This document shows, one piece after another, positions 49,561-63,164 of a DNA stretch of 64,000 nt (position 1 is the first letter of the stretch; each line of letters begins with the position of its first letter). The notes beneath the pieces are model-generated. The model worked only from the letters and a program-made list of their open reading frames with translations, was not told where the DNA came from and ran no database searches. Where the stretch lies: the NCBI GenBank assembly GCA_965202585.1, contig OZ241832.1, forward strand, positions 52,576,001 through 52,640,000, given 5' to 3'. The position numbers and the translations under genes were made by a program. Source of the DNA: Thalia democratica. Taxonomy: Eukaryota.

Positions 49561-51666
49561 ATTTATAAGTTTTGTTGACTGGCTGGTTTAATGCCTTAGT
49601 TTTTTTTTTAAAGTTAGACTTTCAGTTGATTTGATAATAAAAGTTTTAACAAACATGTTAGTCTGTAGTATCCCGATTAAGTTAGTCTGAGGTTTAAATG
49701 GAAAAAAAAAATAGTTTTAGATTGATATCAAGTTCTAGCAATTGTGACAGTTTTTGATAAAGTTAGTTACGACCCGCATGAGCTGAAGCTCTTCATTTAT
49801 AAAGCACTTACTTTGAGAGCGTTATACAAGGACTGTTGAGTTAAACATGCTGCATTCTATTTATACACTTTGTTTGATTAGCTTTTTTTTTTTATATTTA
49901 CAAGTTTAGTGTAAAACATTTTTTCAGAAATTTTTATAAGGTTCCAAATATTTTTACGTTTAAACATGGTTGAACAAATTATTTGGTTATAACCACTTTT
50001 TTAATAAAGATAAAGATAAAAACTAAAATTGCTAGTTACTCTTAAAACAAGTGATCGCGTGTTGTTTTCACATACTGGTAGAAATTTCAACCAAGTTTTC
50101 AGTTTGATGCGAAAAAAGCTGTAAAGTTTTAACTGGAAAAGAGCTAAACTATTAAGCAGAAATTATTTTCAAGTAAAAATTTTATGATTTCATAATTCAG
50201 ATAGAAACAATAAAAAGAAAAACGAAATTAAATTATTAAACGACAAACGGCTGCTGCAAAAATTATTTTTGGACCCAGTTCACTTTTATTTGAATGGCTG
50301 AAAAAGCGAACCGTCGGTATAATGTAATATTTAAACTAAAATATCGATTTTCTTGTCAGCTCAAACGAGATTGTCTTAGCTGCTGAGTTCAGATTTTATT
50401 TTTCATTTAAACTTGTACCAGTTTTACATTTTTCAGACTGCAACTCATAGAAAGTGTTAGGTCGAAATTTAGTTTTAATTTTTATCCAAAATTTATATTT
50501 TGTATGGCACGTTTAATCTTTTTTTTGAGCCTTAGAACTTTTTTAAAAGTCAATTGCTTTACTTATTTTGTAGCTTTGTTGCATAAAAACTTAAACCTTC
50601 TTTATTTTTAATGCTTAAGCATTAAAGCATTACTGTTACAACGACCGTTTTTTAAAATTTATGAAATAAGGTAAAGGGAAATTAAACTTTGTCGAAAAAT
50701 TTTCAAGGGCTATTAATTCAAAGGACCGGACAAGCTATTAAACCGATCTAAGATTTTGAAGTTGACAAAAAAATCAACTAAAGTAAGAAACTTTTAAAAC
50801 TCTAACAAAATCTAATACTGAGTTTTCTTCGTCTCTACACATAATTTTTCTCAGTCAACATAAAAGTTTATGCATGTATATTAAACGAATTAGGTTTTCA
50901 AAGTTTATTATAACTGCTTATGTTTTAAAAGTTAGAAAAACATAAAAGCATTTCTTAATCTTACTTATAAAATTTTCTTATTTAGTTAAAATTTTCCTTC
51001 AGACTTAAATAGAGTATTTATTAAACAGTGACGAGCTTTTCAATCTTACTTACAATAGTTTGTAATATATTTTATTTAACTCTCAAGCTTAACTTAAACT
51101 GTCTTTAGGTATAACTATGCTTGTTTGTTTCATTTAGTTTCATAGTGAACATTGTTTATCTCAGTTAAACTTTTTATTCATTGTAAAAAATATCTTAATT
51201 TACTTAATATGAACTTAATTAGTTTAAAATAGTTAGATTCTAGAATTGATTGAAATACAAACAAAAATAAGTATTACTTAGCTTAGAGAGCAAAAGTGTT
51301 TTTTTTAATTTTTATATTTTGAATTAGTTTTAACTATAGAAGGGGCATAACATTAAATTGTGTATAAGAAAAAATATATAAGAAAAAAATGCTTTGTAGA
51401 AATTGTTTGTAACATATTCCACAAATACTTACTTTGTGCTTTTCTTCTCTCTTACATAATACTGTGCTATTTTACTGAAAAGTGACTTTGACTTAAAAAT
51501 TATCATAGTAATCAAAATATATTTAATTTTCCCCTAAATTATATTTTTAGAAATTATTTAAGATAAATTTTAATTTAAACACTCACTACTACGTGCAAAT
51601 AATTCTATGAAGACTGCCTAACAACAAAAAACGCAAAAAAACAAAACAATAGCAACCAGTATCGTC

Positions 51667-53554
51667 ATGGCAACGACCGCATCAGGAGTGGGGGGATGCG
51701 TCGACTTCCACCAGCACATCAGCGACCACCACCACCAGTACTACCACCACCCTGGCAACGACGCCCCTACCAACTACCACCACGCCAACAACGGAAATCA
51801 CCCTGGCAACCACCACTTCCAGCCCTCCTCCTTGGCAAACTACGACACCAGCCACCACCAGCAGGCCTCCAACTCAGCCAACTACAACTCGGGCGGGGGC
51901 TTCGACACGGCCCTGTTGTCAGGGATAAATTCCATTACCAACGACAACGGGTCGAGAGCGGCGGTGACCCCGTCACCCCCCGACAACCTCCAGCACAACC
52001 ACTCGTCGGCCTTTGACATTAAGAACCTTGCCTTGTTGTCGGGGTCCTCGTCGTCGCGTAGCAACCTGGATGGCAACCAGAAGGGCGACAAGGGTTCTTC
52101 CACGAACGGATTCTACCTGCCCCCCATCGCCGACGCCCTTTCCAGGTGCAAGGCTTCTCAAGGTAATGGTAACGAGAAAGGAGGTCACGGTCGGATGAGC
52201 ATCGGCTCGCAGGAGACGGAGGAGAAAAGGAGCTCGGAGGCGGAGGACAAGTTCGCCAGCTTGTGCAAACTTGCCGCCGTGGGCCTCCACTGCAACAACG
52301 AAAACAAGGACGCTGAAAAAAACTCCCCTCCTCTGAACGCGAACGACAGCTCGGTGTCGTCAGCCAACCAGGAGTTCAGTGCGTCCATCTCGACGCCTTC
52401 CAAGGCGCAGGTGACGCAGGCGCACATCAAGAACGAGGGCCAGGAGTCGAACCAGCAGGCTAGCAACCTGATGTACGACCTGCGCAACTTTGCCCAGCAG
52501 TTCGGAGCGCTGCAGCAGCAGCGGGGCATCGAGAACGACCAGCTGACGGGCAACATGGAGATGCTCTCGGGCAGCCACGGCGACAACTCGGGGGTGGACC
52601 TTTTCTTCCGCAACCAGTCGGATCAGCAGCAGGGGATGGGATGCGACATGAACGACTCCATTCAGATGAACGACGTGCCCAGCTACGCCACCCTTACCCC
52701 TCTGCAGTCCCTCCCCTCCATCGCGAGCTCGGTTTCGGGGAACACCGCGGCCGCCAACTATGCCAGTCTCATCGGCGGCGACCTGATGGGCGACCAGAGC
52801 TCCTACTCGAAGCACCACGGAATGGGCCACGCCCTTCCGCCCCTCAGCAACCGTATGCTGCTCAACGCCGGGTTTCACCACCAGAGGGCGCAGCAGCAGA
52901 CGTCGGCGGTCATGGACGCAGCCGCGGCCGCCGTCGCAACCGTCTTTTCTCCCTACGCCAAGTCCACCGGCCAGCAGGCCCACAACCAAACTCACTATGA
53001 CGTCACACAGCCCTTTGGGAGTGACGTGTTCAATCAGCACCACATGTTTCCGCACCAGCGCTTCCACGTTTCTCCCCACTCGGCCTACCACCAGTCGGCG
53101 TTCAACCCGGCCGACCTCACCGCCACCCTCCACGGCAACGGGGGGAACACCCGTCGGACCAACAGGGCGCCCCAGCAACAACTAACCCACAACGCCAACC
53201 AGATGCAGATACAGAAGCAGATCAGCTCGCAGCAGGTGGAGATGTCGAACAAGAGCAAGCAGGGCGGCCAGCAGCAGATGAGCTGCAACGAGAACCAGCA
53301 GCAGAACGCTTCGATCGAGGAGGTGAACACGAAGGCGGTGGCGGCGAAGGTGACGGCCGAGCTGAAGCGGTACTCCATCCCGCAGGCCGTGTTCGCGCAC
53401 AAGATCCTCCACCGGAGCCAGGGCACGCTGAGCGACCTGCTGAGGAACCCGAAGCCGTGGAGCAAGCTGAAGAGCGGCAGGGAGACTTTCAGGAGGATGT
53501 TCAAGTGGCTGCAGATCCCGGAGGAAACCAGGATGCCGGATCTCAGGCTCGCAG
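51667..53554 (+). CDS. ONECUT: ONECUT/HNF6-family transcription factor, coding exon 1 (N-terminus plus CUT domain)
   Basis: CUT domain EEVNTKAVAAKVTAELKRYSIPQAVFAHKILHRSQGTLSDLLRNPKPWSKLKSGRETFRRMFKWLQ and the STP-box-like YATLTPLQSLPSIAS. Phase-1 donor GCA G|GTTTGA at 53555. Confidence 0.95.
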
Positions 53555-54149
53555 GTTTGAACAGTTTTGTTTTTTGTTATTTAACTTGGTTGTTCAGCAA
53601 CATGCTTGAGGCTTTGTTTTTATTTTGAACTAAACACTATTATAACCTTTAGTGTTAAATAAACATATTTTTTTACAAAAAGTTCGACTAAGTTGTGTAA
53701 AACTTTGGATCTTTATTTTCAAAATAGTTACAAAAAGTGGTAAATTGTGCAGTCCGAGTTTTACAAAATAAAAACTTTCACGACATAATTTCTAGAAATC
53801 TGAATAATTCATTGATACCCAAAATGAAAACTTAGAACTCATTGACAAAATTAATTTATAAATCATCAAAACATCATAGTAAAAAACTGAAAAGGGCGTG
53901 AACAAACAATAAACTTTAAAAAAAAAACTCAAAAAACACTGCCTAGGCGAATCTTGATTTATCAAATACCTCAGAGTTCAGATACTTTCCTTCACAGATA
54001 TCGACAGATAGTTATGTAATTTAGTGTTCAAAAAAGAAGCAAGAAAAACACCAAAGACAACTTAACTTAGAAAGTTATTCAAAACATCAACAAACTAAAA
54101 CAACAAAAAAAAAACGGTCAGTAGTAATGAGCTAAAAAAACTTTAATAT

Positions 54150-54480
54150 CAAAAAACTCTGACTGAGTTCTGCGTCTCAGAACCGAAGGCTTCCTCCACC
54201 CACACGCAGATTTCCACCGCTAACACACGCGTATCGACCCGCACACTTCCACACGAAACGCTTTCCCACGAAATTATTGATCAAAAAATCAGCCGGCTGC
54301 GCTGAAGTGGAATGCGTCGGATATTTTTGGGCGGATCAATGATTTTGCGTCTTCTCAGCGCGCGGACTTGATAGTAAATTTGCTGTGTAGTATTTTCGCT
54401 GATCGATCGTTATCAGCGGCGTGGAATATTATTTGAACACCGGGCACTTTTGCGCAGGTCAATTCGGAACGTTTGTAATT
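54150..54480. promoter_or_regulatory. Intronic CpG-rich island, candidate enhancer
   Basis: CpG-dense non-coding block inside ONECUT intron 1. Confidence 0.35.
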
Positions 54481-56747
54481 TTCGGTTTAAATGACCTGGT
54501 AAAAGATTTTTTTTTTTTTCAATTTTTAGAGCTTATGAAAGTAAGAGAACGGTTTTTGTCTAAATGGTAAAGCCTATGTTATTAAGTTTGCTTAATTGGT
54601 AGAAATTTGGGTTTTCAGATTAGATAAAAAACATTTCAAAAACAACTTATTGAGTTTGAAACTTCAAAGTTTTAAAGTAAAATGTACCTAACTATTTTAA
54701 ACTTCAACTAAAAAATTATATTTTAGTAAAACATTGTGAAATAAATTTGTTAACTTATTTTATTCATAAAGTTGCATGAAACTGTATACAAGATTTCGAA
54801 TATTAAAATTGACTTAAATTATTGTTATCTGTAAAAAGTTGTAAAATAAATTTTAGCAAGTCAACTATGTTACAGAACAAAAAAAAACATACTTAATATT
54901 ACTTACTATGAAACATTTACAAAATAAGTAATTCCATAAAAATATGCCGAATAGCCTAAAATAGTTCCTGGTAAACTTTTAAAGTAAGGAAAGTGGTTTG
55001 ATAAAAACTACTGTCTCATTTTTGACAATACTCAAATGTACTATGTTTTCGACGCTTAAGTATGTAAATTCAACGATTCAAACATTTTTTCAAAAATTAA
55101 TATCTTGTAAACTGGTGTTACAAATTAGTTTTTCAAAATGAAAAAAAAAAAAAACTTTAGAAACATACTGCACCACTTGATCGAGCCAGCTAAAGTGGCA
55201 CTCATGACTTATTATCTCAAAACGTTTTGTTGTTTGTGTCTATTTCCTAAATTATCCATTTGGCACAATAACGAGCAGTTGTCGCACCGACCTCGAACAA
55301 ATCTGAAGTAATTTCAAGTTGCCATAGAATTTTTGATAATTGCAATGTAATAAATGTTTTTAAATGCTTCAAAAGTAGATTTAAGTTTTATGAATTTTTG
55401 TTACAGTTTAACTTGTGAAAAATGTTTTATTTAAAACGGTTTGTTTAGTTATGTTATATTGTTTTAAAAAGATCTGTTACAAAAATAAATGCGCTCGTAA
55501 ATATATACAAACTTTACTCCGACAAACTTACCCATGCACCTTGTTTCCAAATAATTAACAACAAAAACTAAACTGCTTTACGTTTAAATTAAAATTCTTA
55601 AAGGTTTATTGAGAAAGTGTCAAAATTATATTTGGTTGATGTAAAACTATCATATAAAGCAGCTTATTGAATTATGATAAACATAATGAATAAATACAAA
55701 ACCCACAGTTTTTATTTAGTTTAGTTTACCTTCTTGTTAACCAGCAGCGAAATTGTTACTAACAAAGTACATGTTTGCATTTTACGAGAAGCACTCCACC
55801 GTGGGAAAAGTTATAAATAGCAGTTGAGATGGAAACTATCACACTGTGAGGCAGTTTTCACAAAATAAATGTCAGTGACCTTATTGTGCGGTGTCAACGA
55901 GTAATCTCATAAAAGTATAAATTTGATTTTGAATTCATAACGGTCAAGTTAGTAAAACGAAAAACTCTTTTTAAACATGCTGACTTTAAAAAACGATATT
56001 GTTTTAAAAATTTTGATAAAAAGCTCCCAGAATTGAGATTATAAGTATCGATTGCAACTAAACTTGAAGTTCCTCAAAATAAACAAAGTGAGACCTTGTA
56101 GTTATTCAGATTTTTACTTTTTGAAGATAGTTATTTCAGATTAAACATTTGAAAAATTATTGTAACATATAACCAAAACCTCGTAAAAAGCTTTCTTAAC
56201 AAACTAAAATCAATAAAAAGCAATCGTGGCAAGATTAACTATACTGACGTATATATAATTTTTATTATAAAGATTAGACATTGCGCCTCACACGTAATCT
56301 TGCAATTTTTTGTCTCAGTATCTGAAAAATGTAGACTCAATATATTTAGTTAATGAACAAACAAATTTGTGCAATGTTTTATAACTTTCTTAACTAGTAA
56401 CTGCTAAGGATGAATCGACTAAACTCGATTGACTTTTTACAATAAATTTAATAAAAACAATCTATTTGAATACTTTACTAAATTGTTTTCAATTGAATAG
56501 TTTTCTAGTTCAAATTATAAGTAGAATAAAACTTAAAGTATTTTTTATACATTTAGTGTATAACTCACAAAATGGCAAACTAACTAAAACAAATGACAAG
56601 CAAAAGTTTATCACTGTGTAACATTTTGCTTGTTAGACTGTCACAATAGACTTTTAAAGTTTAATTTATCACTTTGAGTAGTTAATAAAAAATTATAAGT
56701 ACATGCCAGTCAAAGTTCTTTTCTACTGATTTATAATATTCAAAAAC

Positions 56748-57045
56748 TAAAAACAAATTATACAGTAACCTTCCTTTATTGTACCAACATATGAATCAAC
56801 ACACTTCAACTGGGTTCTGTAAAAAATAATTACTGTAATGTAAGAATAGAAGCATAGAATGAAATAGGTTTATACATGTTTCCATTAAAATTAAAATAAA
56901 ATAATTTCTACAGATTATTCTATGCTTCTATTCTTACATTACAGTAATTATTTTTTACAGAACCCAGTTGAAGTGTGTTGATTCGTTAACACACAGAAAC
57001 ATATGTTGGTACAATAAAGGAAGATTACTGTATAATTTGTTTTTA
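56748..57045. repeat. Long hairpin in ONECUT intron 1 (~113-bp arms, 56-nt loop, 16-nt insertion in the right arm)
   Basis: The inner 67 bp (56794-56860 vs 56917-56983) are perfect inverses. The outer arms have one mismatch. Confidence 0.92.
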
Positions 57046-57949
57046 TTTATATTCCAGTGAACTTGTTTCACTAGGATCTTTTGTTAGCAAACGATTAAAT
57101 TTAAACTTTGAACAGTTAATATTCAAAAAACTAATATTATGGTTTTTAATAAATTAGAAAGCTACTTAAGTTGAAAATTTATTTGAAATTAAAGAAGTTA
57201 ATCGGACTACTTTCTTTCAGTTGTATTTTAGTTTATTACTTTTTGTCTATAAAAAATTAGAATTAAAAAAAAAAAGTTTTGCAAAATGTTTTGTAAAAAA
57301 TTATAGTTATATTTTTTTATTTTGATGATTGTGTGTTGATTTTAAACTGTCAGTTCTAAACTAAAACATTTTTACGAACAAACATATATGTTAGTAAAGT
57401 ATTGAATAATACATAATTATTCATCATAATTTACGCGAATAATTTATAAAATTTCACTAATGGTTTTACAACAATCTAAGAAAAATTTGTTTTTAATGAA
57501 ATCTAATTAAAATAATTAAAAATATAATTTGCTATATTGTCTGTTTTTGAGTTTAGTTGAATCTGTTAGTTGCTATTGATTAATTATGGTTAAAAAATAA
57601 AAAAAAAGTTAATTTGGTAGATTAATTAAACTCATTTAAAAGCTTACTAAGTGGCACCTACAGTCTTTTTTAAGTAAAATTAATAAAAGTAAAAAAGTTT
57701 AAAGTTTTGTGAAAAAAACTTTAAGTTTCTGCATTATTTATTTAAGTATGCTATATTTTTGTTTTTAAGCAAATATTTCAGAGTATAGTTAACATTTCCT
57801 GGGAGTATAATTAAGTTAAATTAGTGAAAAAAAAAATTTTTGTAGTAACATTATTCCTTAATAGAACAAAAGTATTTCAAAAAGTGTTTGAATTACTTCG
57901 GTAAAGTCATTAGAGCCAAGCAGTACTTCTAAATGTTAAATTTTCTAAA

Positions 57950-60900
57950 ACAAAATACTGCGCCCATTAAAAATATATACACACATACAATATACTTAGG
58001 CACGGCGGCATAATGTAAAAAGTTAAGCCAAGGCGTATCAGGCTGTAACCTCACTCATTAGAACGAACACAGAAAGCGCCATGCACTGAAACATCAGTGT
58101 TTCCAAATTGAAAAGCATAACTTGCAGCGTTTCCAAACAGAAAACATAATTCGCGTGAAGCTTCCGGCCAGCAGTGCAGTTTTTAGCTCACACACAAATT
58201 AGGGGAGAATTGCACAGGTTTTTCTGTGCTGCTTCGGTGGACTACTTAGCAGTACTTACATGCCTTAATTATACAATAAATTATTCAGTAGTCACCGAGT
58301 AATTCCTTTTATTTTGCTTCTTTGCGCCTTTTAAACAAATTAAAAAGAGCTTAAGTCGCTGGCAACAAGTTTTCGGGAAATTAAAAACGCATTTTAGTGC
58401 ATGCGTACACGAAAGCTTCGGCAAACAAACAACGTATTTACTGTAGACCCTAGGATTTATTTAAACTAAATAAATTTTGTTACATAAACAAAAGTTTTAT
58501 ACTTTGAGTGATAATCACAACTTCTATATTACTTTGTTTGTGTTACAAAAAAAAAGGAATTCTGAGATACAATAGTGAGGGGAAAGTTTTTTGTTTTAAA
58601 TTTTCGACCCAAGACAACCTTAACCTTTCGTCAAATTGTTTTGCGCTGAAATTCACCTCGAGAATTTCAAAAACAAAAAGCCTTCAAACTCGTGTTTGTC
58701 GCGTCAACACCGACTCGCGCTGCCTAAAAGCAACGATAAACACGCAGTTGCCACCCCAAATTTCAACAAAAAGTCTCGCGGGACCTTTAAAAAGTCGTCG
58801 GCCCCCGAGAGACTCTTCCGCGCGCGACATTTCAACCCGTTTGAAGAAAAATCGTGAAAAATAATCTTGCTGCATGACGTCACAATGCTGAGAGTCTTTA
58901 CACGCGGATCGTAGCTTGTGACGTCATCGTTGCTGCAGAATTGATTTTTTCGATTTTTCTGGTGACATTCGCGAGCGTGTAATAGCCGCTCTACCGATCT
59001 CGCAGCTACATTCGCAATGTTGCGATTGATTGAATTTCGGTTGATTTTGCTTGCACGTTTTCACAAAGTCTGGCTTGATGCAAATACAAGGCTCAATAAA
59101 TTTTTATATACTGAAGAAAAAACACATAAAGTGTAAGAAAACAATAGGATTGGTTAGTTGAGGAAATGACTTGTTTTTAAGAACCAAAAAAAGCAACTGT
59201 ACAGAGCGACTTAATTCCGTTCTGAAAACTAAAAAACTTTTTTAAATTGTGAATTATCCACTTTGTACAATTCGCATTAGATCACAGTAGCTGTAATATA
59301 TCGATTGGTTGAAGCGAATAGAGAGCTGAAAGATAAAAAAGACTGAGCCACGGAGCGAACACACACACACACACCTCCCAACGTTTCTTCTTTGGACTCT
59401 GTGAACAAAAATAATAAAAACCATAGTATTTTTCGTTTTTTTTTTGTTAAAAAGAAAACGCAGCTTCTCTTATCTCTGTAATTTCAAGACTCGAGGAGAA
59501 CTCTTCCTTGCTCTCGGCTCTCAAAATTTATCGATCCGGTTTCGCGCAATGCACTGAGCTCTCAAAACTTTTTTTTTTATTTCGCACAGAGATGCTTTAT
59601 ACTTTTGTGTGCAAGCCTTTGACCACACAGATAATTGAGAAGCAAAATAATTTCCATCGCTTCCTCACACCATGTTGTTTATACTTTGAACTTTAAAGTT
59701 GCTCAGAGGCGATGCTTTTATTTGCGGAATGACCTCTGTGTGTGTGTGTGAGAGATGAAACAATATTCTCAAAGCAATAAACACTTGCATATTTTCAGCG
59801 GAAGAACTTCAGTTTGACAAGACACACGCAGAAGAGAGTGTGCGAGGCTCACAGAACAGTGATGCTGAAAAAGTTGTGAATTATTAAAAAGTCGCTGCAG
59901 TCCCCTCTTTCGCACACGCAGAGAGAGTGTGAAAGAAGTCACAGTAACAAAAAGTGACAGCGGGGCTGCTGTCTAATCATCACAACTGAGCGAATAAAAA
60001 AAATAAAAAATATGCTTCAGCAGCAGCGGCACAGTGTATTTAAAGTAAAAATATAAAGAGCTGACAAAAAATAATCGATGAAAATTTACTGAGGGACTTT
60101 GTTTTGGGCCGCGCGCGCGCGAACCGCTTTGAGCGTATAATAGAAGTTCTTAAACTTTCACAATATTTTTTTGTTTTGGTAAAAATTTTATGCAAAGTCT
60201 GTGTTTTTATATTTGGTTGAAAAAATTTTTATTTCTCCAGGCGCGTTGAAATATTTTTTGTTTTTGTTTTTTTTTTTCGCAAACGCTGTGCAGTTTTAAA
60301 AAAAAATAGTTAGATGATCAAACATGATTGAATTTGTAAATTGCATATTTGGTTTTTTTTAATTAAGTTTGAATTAATTTTATACCTATAAAGTAGTAGA
60401 GTTTTAAACATTTTCAAACTTTTAGAAGTGTAATATCAAGGCAGTTGTATTACTTTTGTAGAAAACTTTAGATTAAAAAAAAACTTGAAAACTTGATATA
60501 AAGTAAGTATAGAGAGGTACAAGTTTAATGAGCCGTTTAAAAAAGTTTACCAAACTTTTATAACTAATACAAACTTTAATTTTTTGAAAAATTTGTTATT
60601 TATTTTAAGTTCTATATAATTAATTTTTTTGATAATAAATAAGACTTGAAATCAATTTTGTATTAAAGCTATAGCTTTTTAGTGAAAATATAAAACATCA
60701 CCACACTTATGTAACGTGTTTAAAACATTTGAGACAAACATAAGTAAATTTATTTTGCATCCATCATTATACCTGTAATCTTAACTTTAATCACTTTAAA
60801 TATCAAATTTAAATAATGTATACTGCAAAAAAGCCAGTTATAGAAACGAAGGACACCGACAATTTTACATTTCGTAACAAAATTTATAATTGAGTAAAAC

Positions 60901-62620
60901 ACAATAAGCAGACAATATGTTGCCCTGAAGACATGAAAGTGTACGAATTTTATCTTTGCGGATGGCAGACAAGTTTCTGGTCGCACCTGTCCTTTTTCAG
61001 CCCCACTGGAACGCCTCGGAGAAAACAAACAACACTTGTGACGTCATAATGCAATTTGAGCATCGCATTTCCCATCTGCCTGTTTATTGTGTTGCGTCAT
61101 AAAGTGCTGGATTTAATAGAATTTGTTTTTTTTAATACACTACTGCTAGGTTGATATAAGTTCTTTGGGTTTTGCTGTTTAAAAAGTAATAAAACTTCTA
61201 AAACTTTGTATTTAAAGCAAAATAAAAACGACTTTAATTGAGTATGTTTCAAATTAGGTTTTGTGCTTTAAATACAAATTTATGGTAAAAAGTAAATGTT
61301 TTGTAATTTTAAAGTAAAATAGATTTATTCATACCTAAAAATAAATAATTTAAACCTTTAATTTGATAAAAATACTGGTATTTATTAAAACTACTGTAAA
61401 AAATAATGTATTTTCCAAAACATTTATTTTTATCTATTAGTTGTCAACTTCGAGTAAAACTCATATAAACTATATTTATATCGACTTATATGTCAAAAAA
61501 TATTTTTTATTTAAGTCTTAAAGTTGATGTGACATTTGTGATTATGTAATTAAATAATTTTTACATTACTAAAAGCCTATTGTATATAAATATATATAAA
61601 GTATGTGATATGTTTGTTAGTTAGCTCATATTTTTTTTTATAAGTAGAACATTTTTTTTTACAATTATGGCTATAGTATTGTAATCAAATTCCTAAACTT
61701 AAAAAAGTATTATTTAGTTTTGAGAAAAAATAATTTAAAATTTTAGATGATAGTTTATACCTTTAGAAGATCAATTGAAAATAGGTTGTGTATTAGAACT
61801 TACTTACTGCCTTGTATCAAAAGTTAAGTTAAAAATTGCTCGTAGCTAAAAAAGTATACAAAACTAGATTACTAAAGTTTATCTAGATGTAATTCATTGT
61901 ACAACTGTATGAAACTAAACTTGTGAAAAACTTATGTATAAGCAATAAGGAATAAATGTTTCAACCTAATAATTAAATGTTTAAACCGCAAAAACTGTTT
62001 TACAAAAAACTCAGCCTTAACACTAGAAATTTTCTAAAAAAATTATTTTATTGAACTTTGGAGCAGTTATAAAACAAAACAAACTTGCTCTGCACGCAGC
62101 AGTCCCGCAATAAAAGGCATTTTCTCCCTTCAAAAGCCAAAACTCAGAGCTCGAAGAAAACTCTTTTCATTATTCGTTTCCCGTTCGACGCCAGCTAATC
62201 ACGCGGTGGCGCTGCGGAGCAACCAACCGCCTACGTGCGGGCTTAATTCGATTACGAGCGCAACTTTTCGTGCCAGCCGCGCTCAGCAAAAAAAAATCGC
62301 TTTTCTCCAGATTACAAGTCTTTCTGTGCAGCGCGTTTGTCGTGAGCGCGTTTCAGCACACCCAGCCATTCTATCATAATTAAAAGCACACGGCTCTCTG
62401 CGTGTCGCGCAGGTTCGTTCCTTCGGCAGATGCGCGGCCCATGCATCACAGTTAGCGATGGTTTTGTGACAGAAAGTGTCGGAACTACTTTTGCAGTTAA
62501 TGTTTCTCTTCTGCTGGTGCTTTGTAATTGAATGAAATGTTTAACGAAGGAGCTCACCAGCGGAACTTATGAATAATTCGGTGCGTTTTTATCCCTGCGT
62601 TTCGTTTGAAATTTAATTCA
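57950..62620. promoter_or_regulatory. Series of intronic CpG-rich islands (57950-59060, 59300-60130, 60900-61110, 62080-62620), candidate cis-regulatory modules
   Basis: Non-coding CpG-dense blocks with TGACGTCA at 58875, 58919 and 61039, (CG)6 at 60110, and (CA)n/(TG)n tracts. Confidence 0.4.
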
Positions 62621-63164
62621 AACGCCGTTATAATTTAATTTACGGCAAACGTATATTTGAAGCATTTAAGTTTAGTGACGTATTGCACTTTAGATTGAAA
62701 AAGTTAGCTACTCAAAAAATTTTTGTGCACACAAAATTTTTAGCAATTTATATCTACTGAAAATCTACATGATGAACACATACAATACTTCAATGTAAAT
62801 GATAATTTTAGTACACATTTACGTTATTATACTTATTTATTGAACGACAAAATATACGCTCAAAATATTTCGTGCTAGGACGTCCCTGGTGCACGAAAAA
62901 ACCTTTCGGTTATCGAGTCGCACACCACGGATACCTTTTAACATCTTGTTCTTGAAATATTAAATGTTTATGCTTTCTTTAAAACTCAAAACAAATAAAT
63001 TTACAATTGATTAAATTATCTACCAATTGTTGTTTGATTTTCAAAGACAGTTTTGTATTTTAATAATCCTAAAAATTTAAATAAAGTTATGTATAAACAT
63101 TTCAGTTTAACAATATAATATGTGTAGAGTTTCCTGAAAAATATTAAATATAAACTTTTCACAG

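Noticed and set aside
51696-53504. Multiple overlapping ORFs on both strands of ONECUT exon 1
   Set aside because: Expected by-products of high GC content.
53555-53628. Hydrophobic C-terminal tail GLNSFVFCYLTW... of the 653-aa ORF
   Set aside because: Intron read-through past the conserved donor. The true continuation is exon 63165.
54270-60080. ONECUT autoregulation through ATCGAT/ATCAAT sites
   Set aside because: Similar hexamers occur outside the locus (21712, 26563, 26841), so enrichment is not evident.
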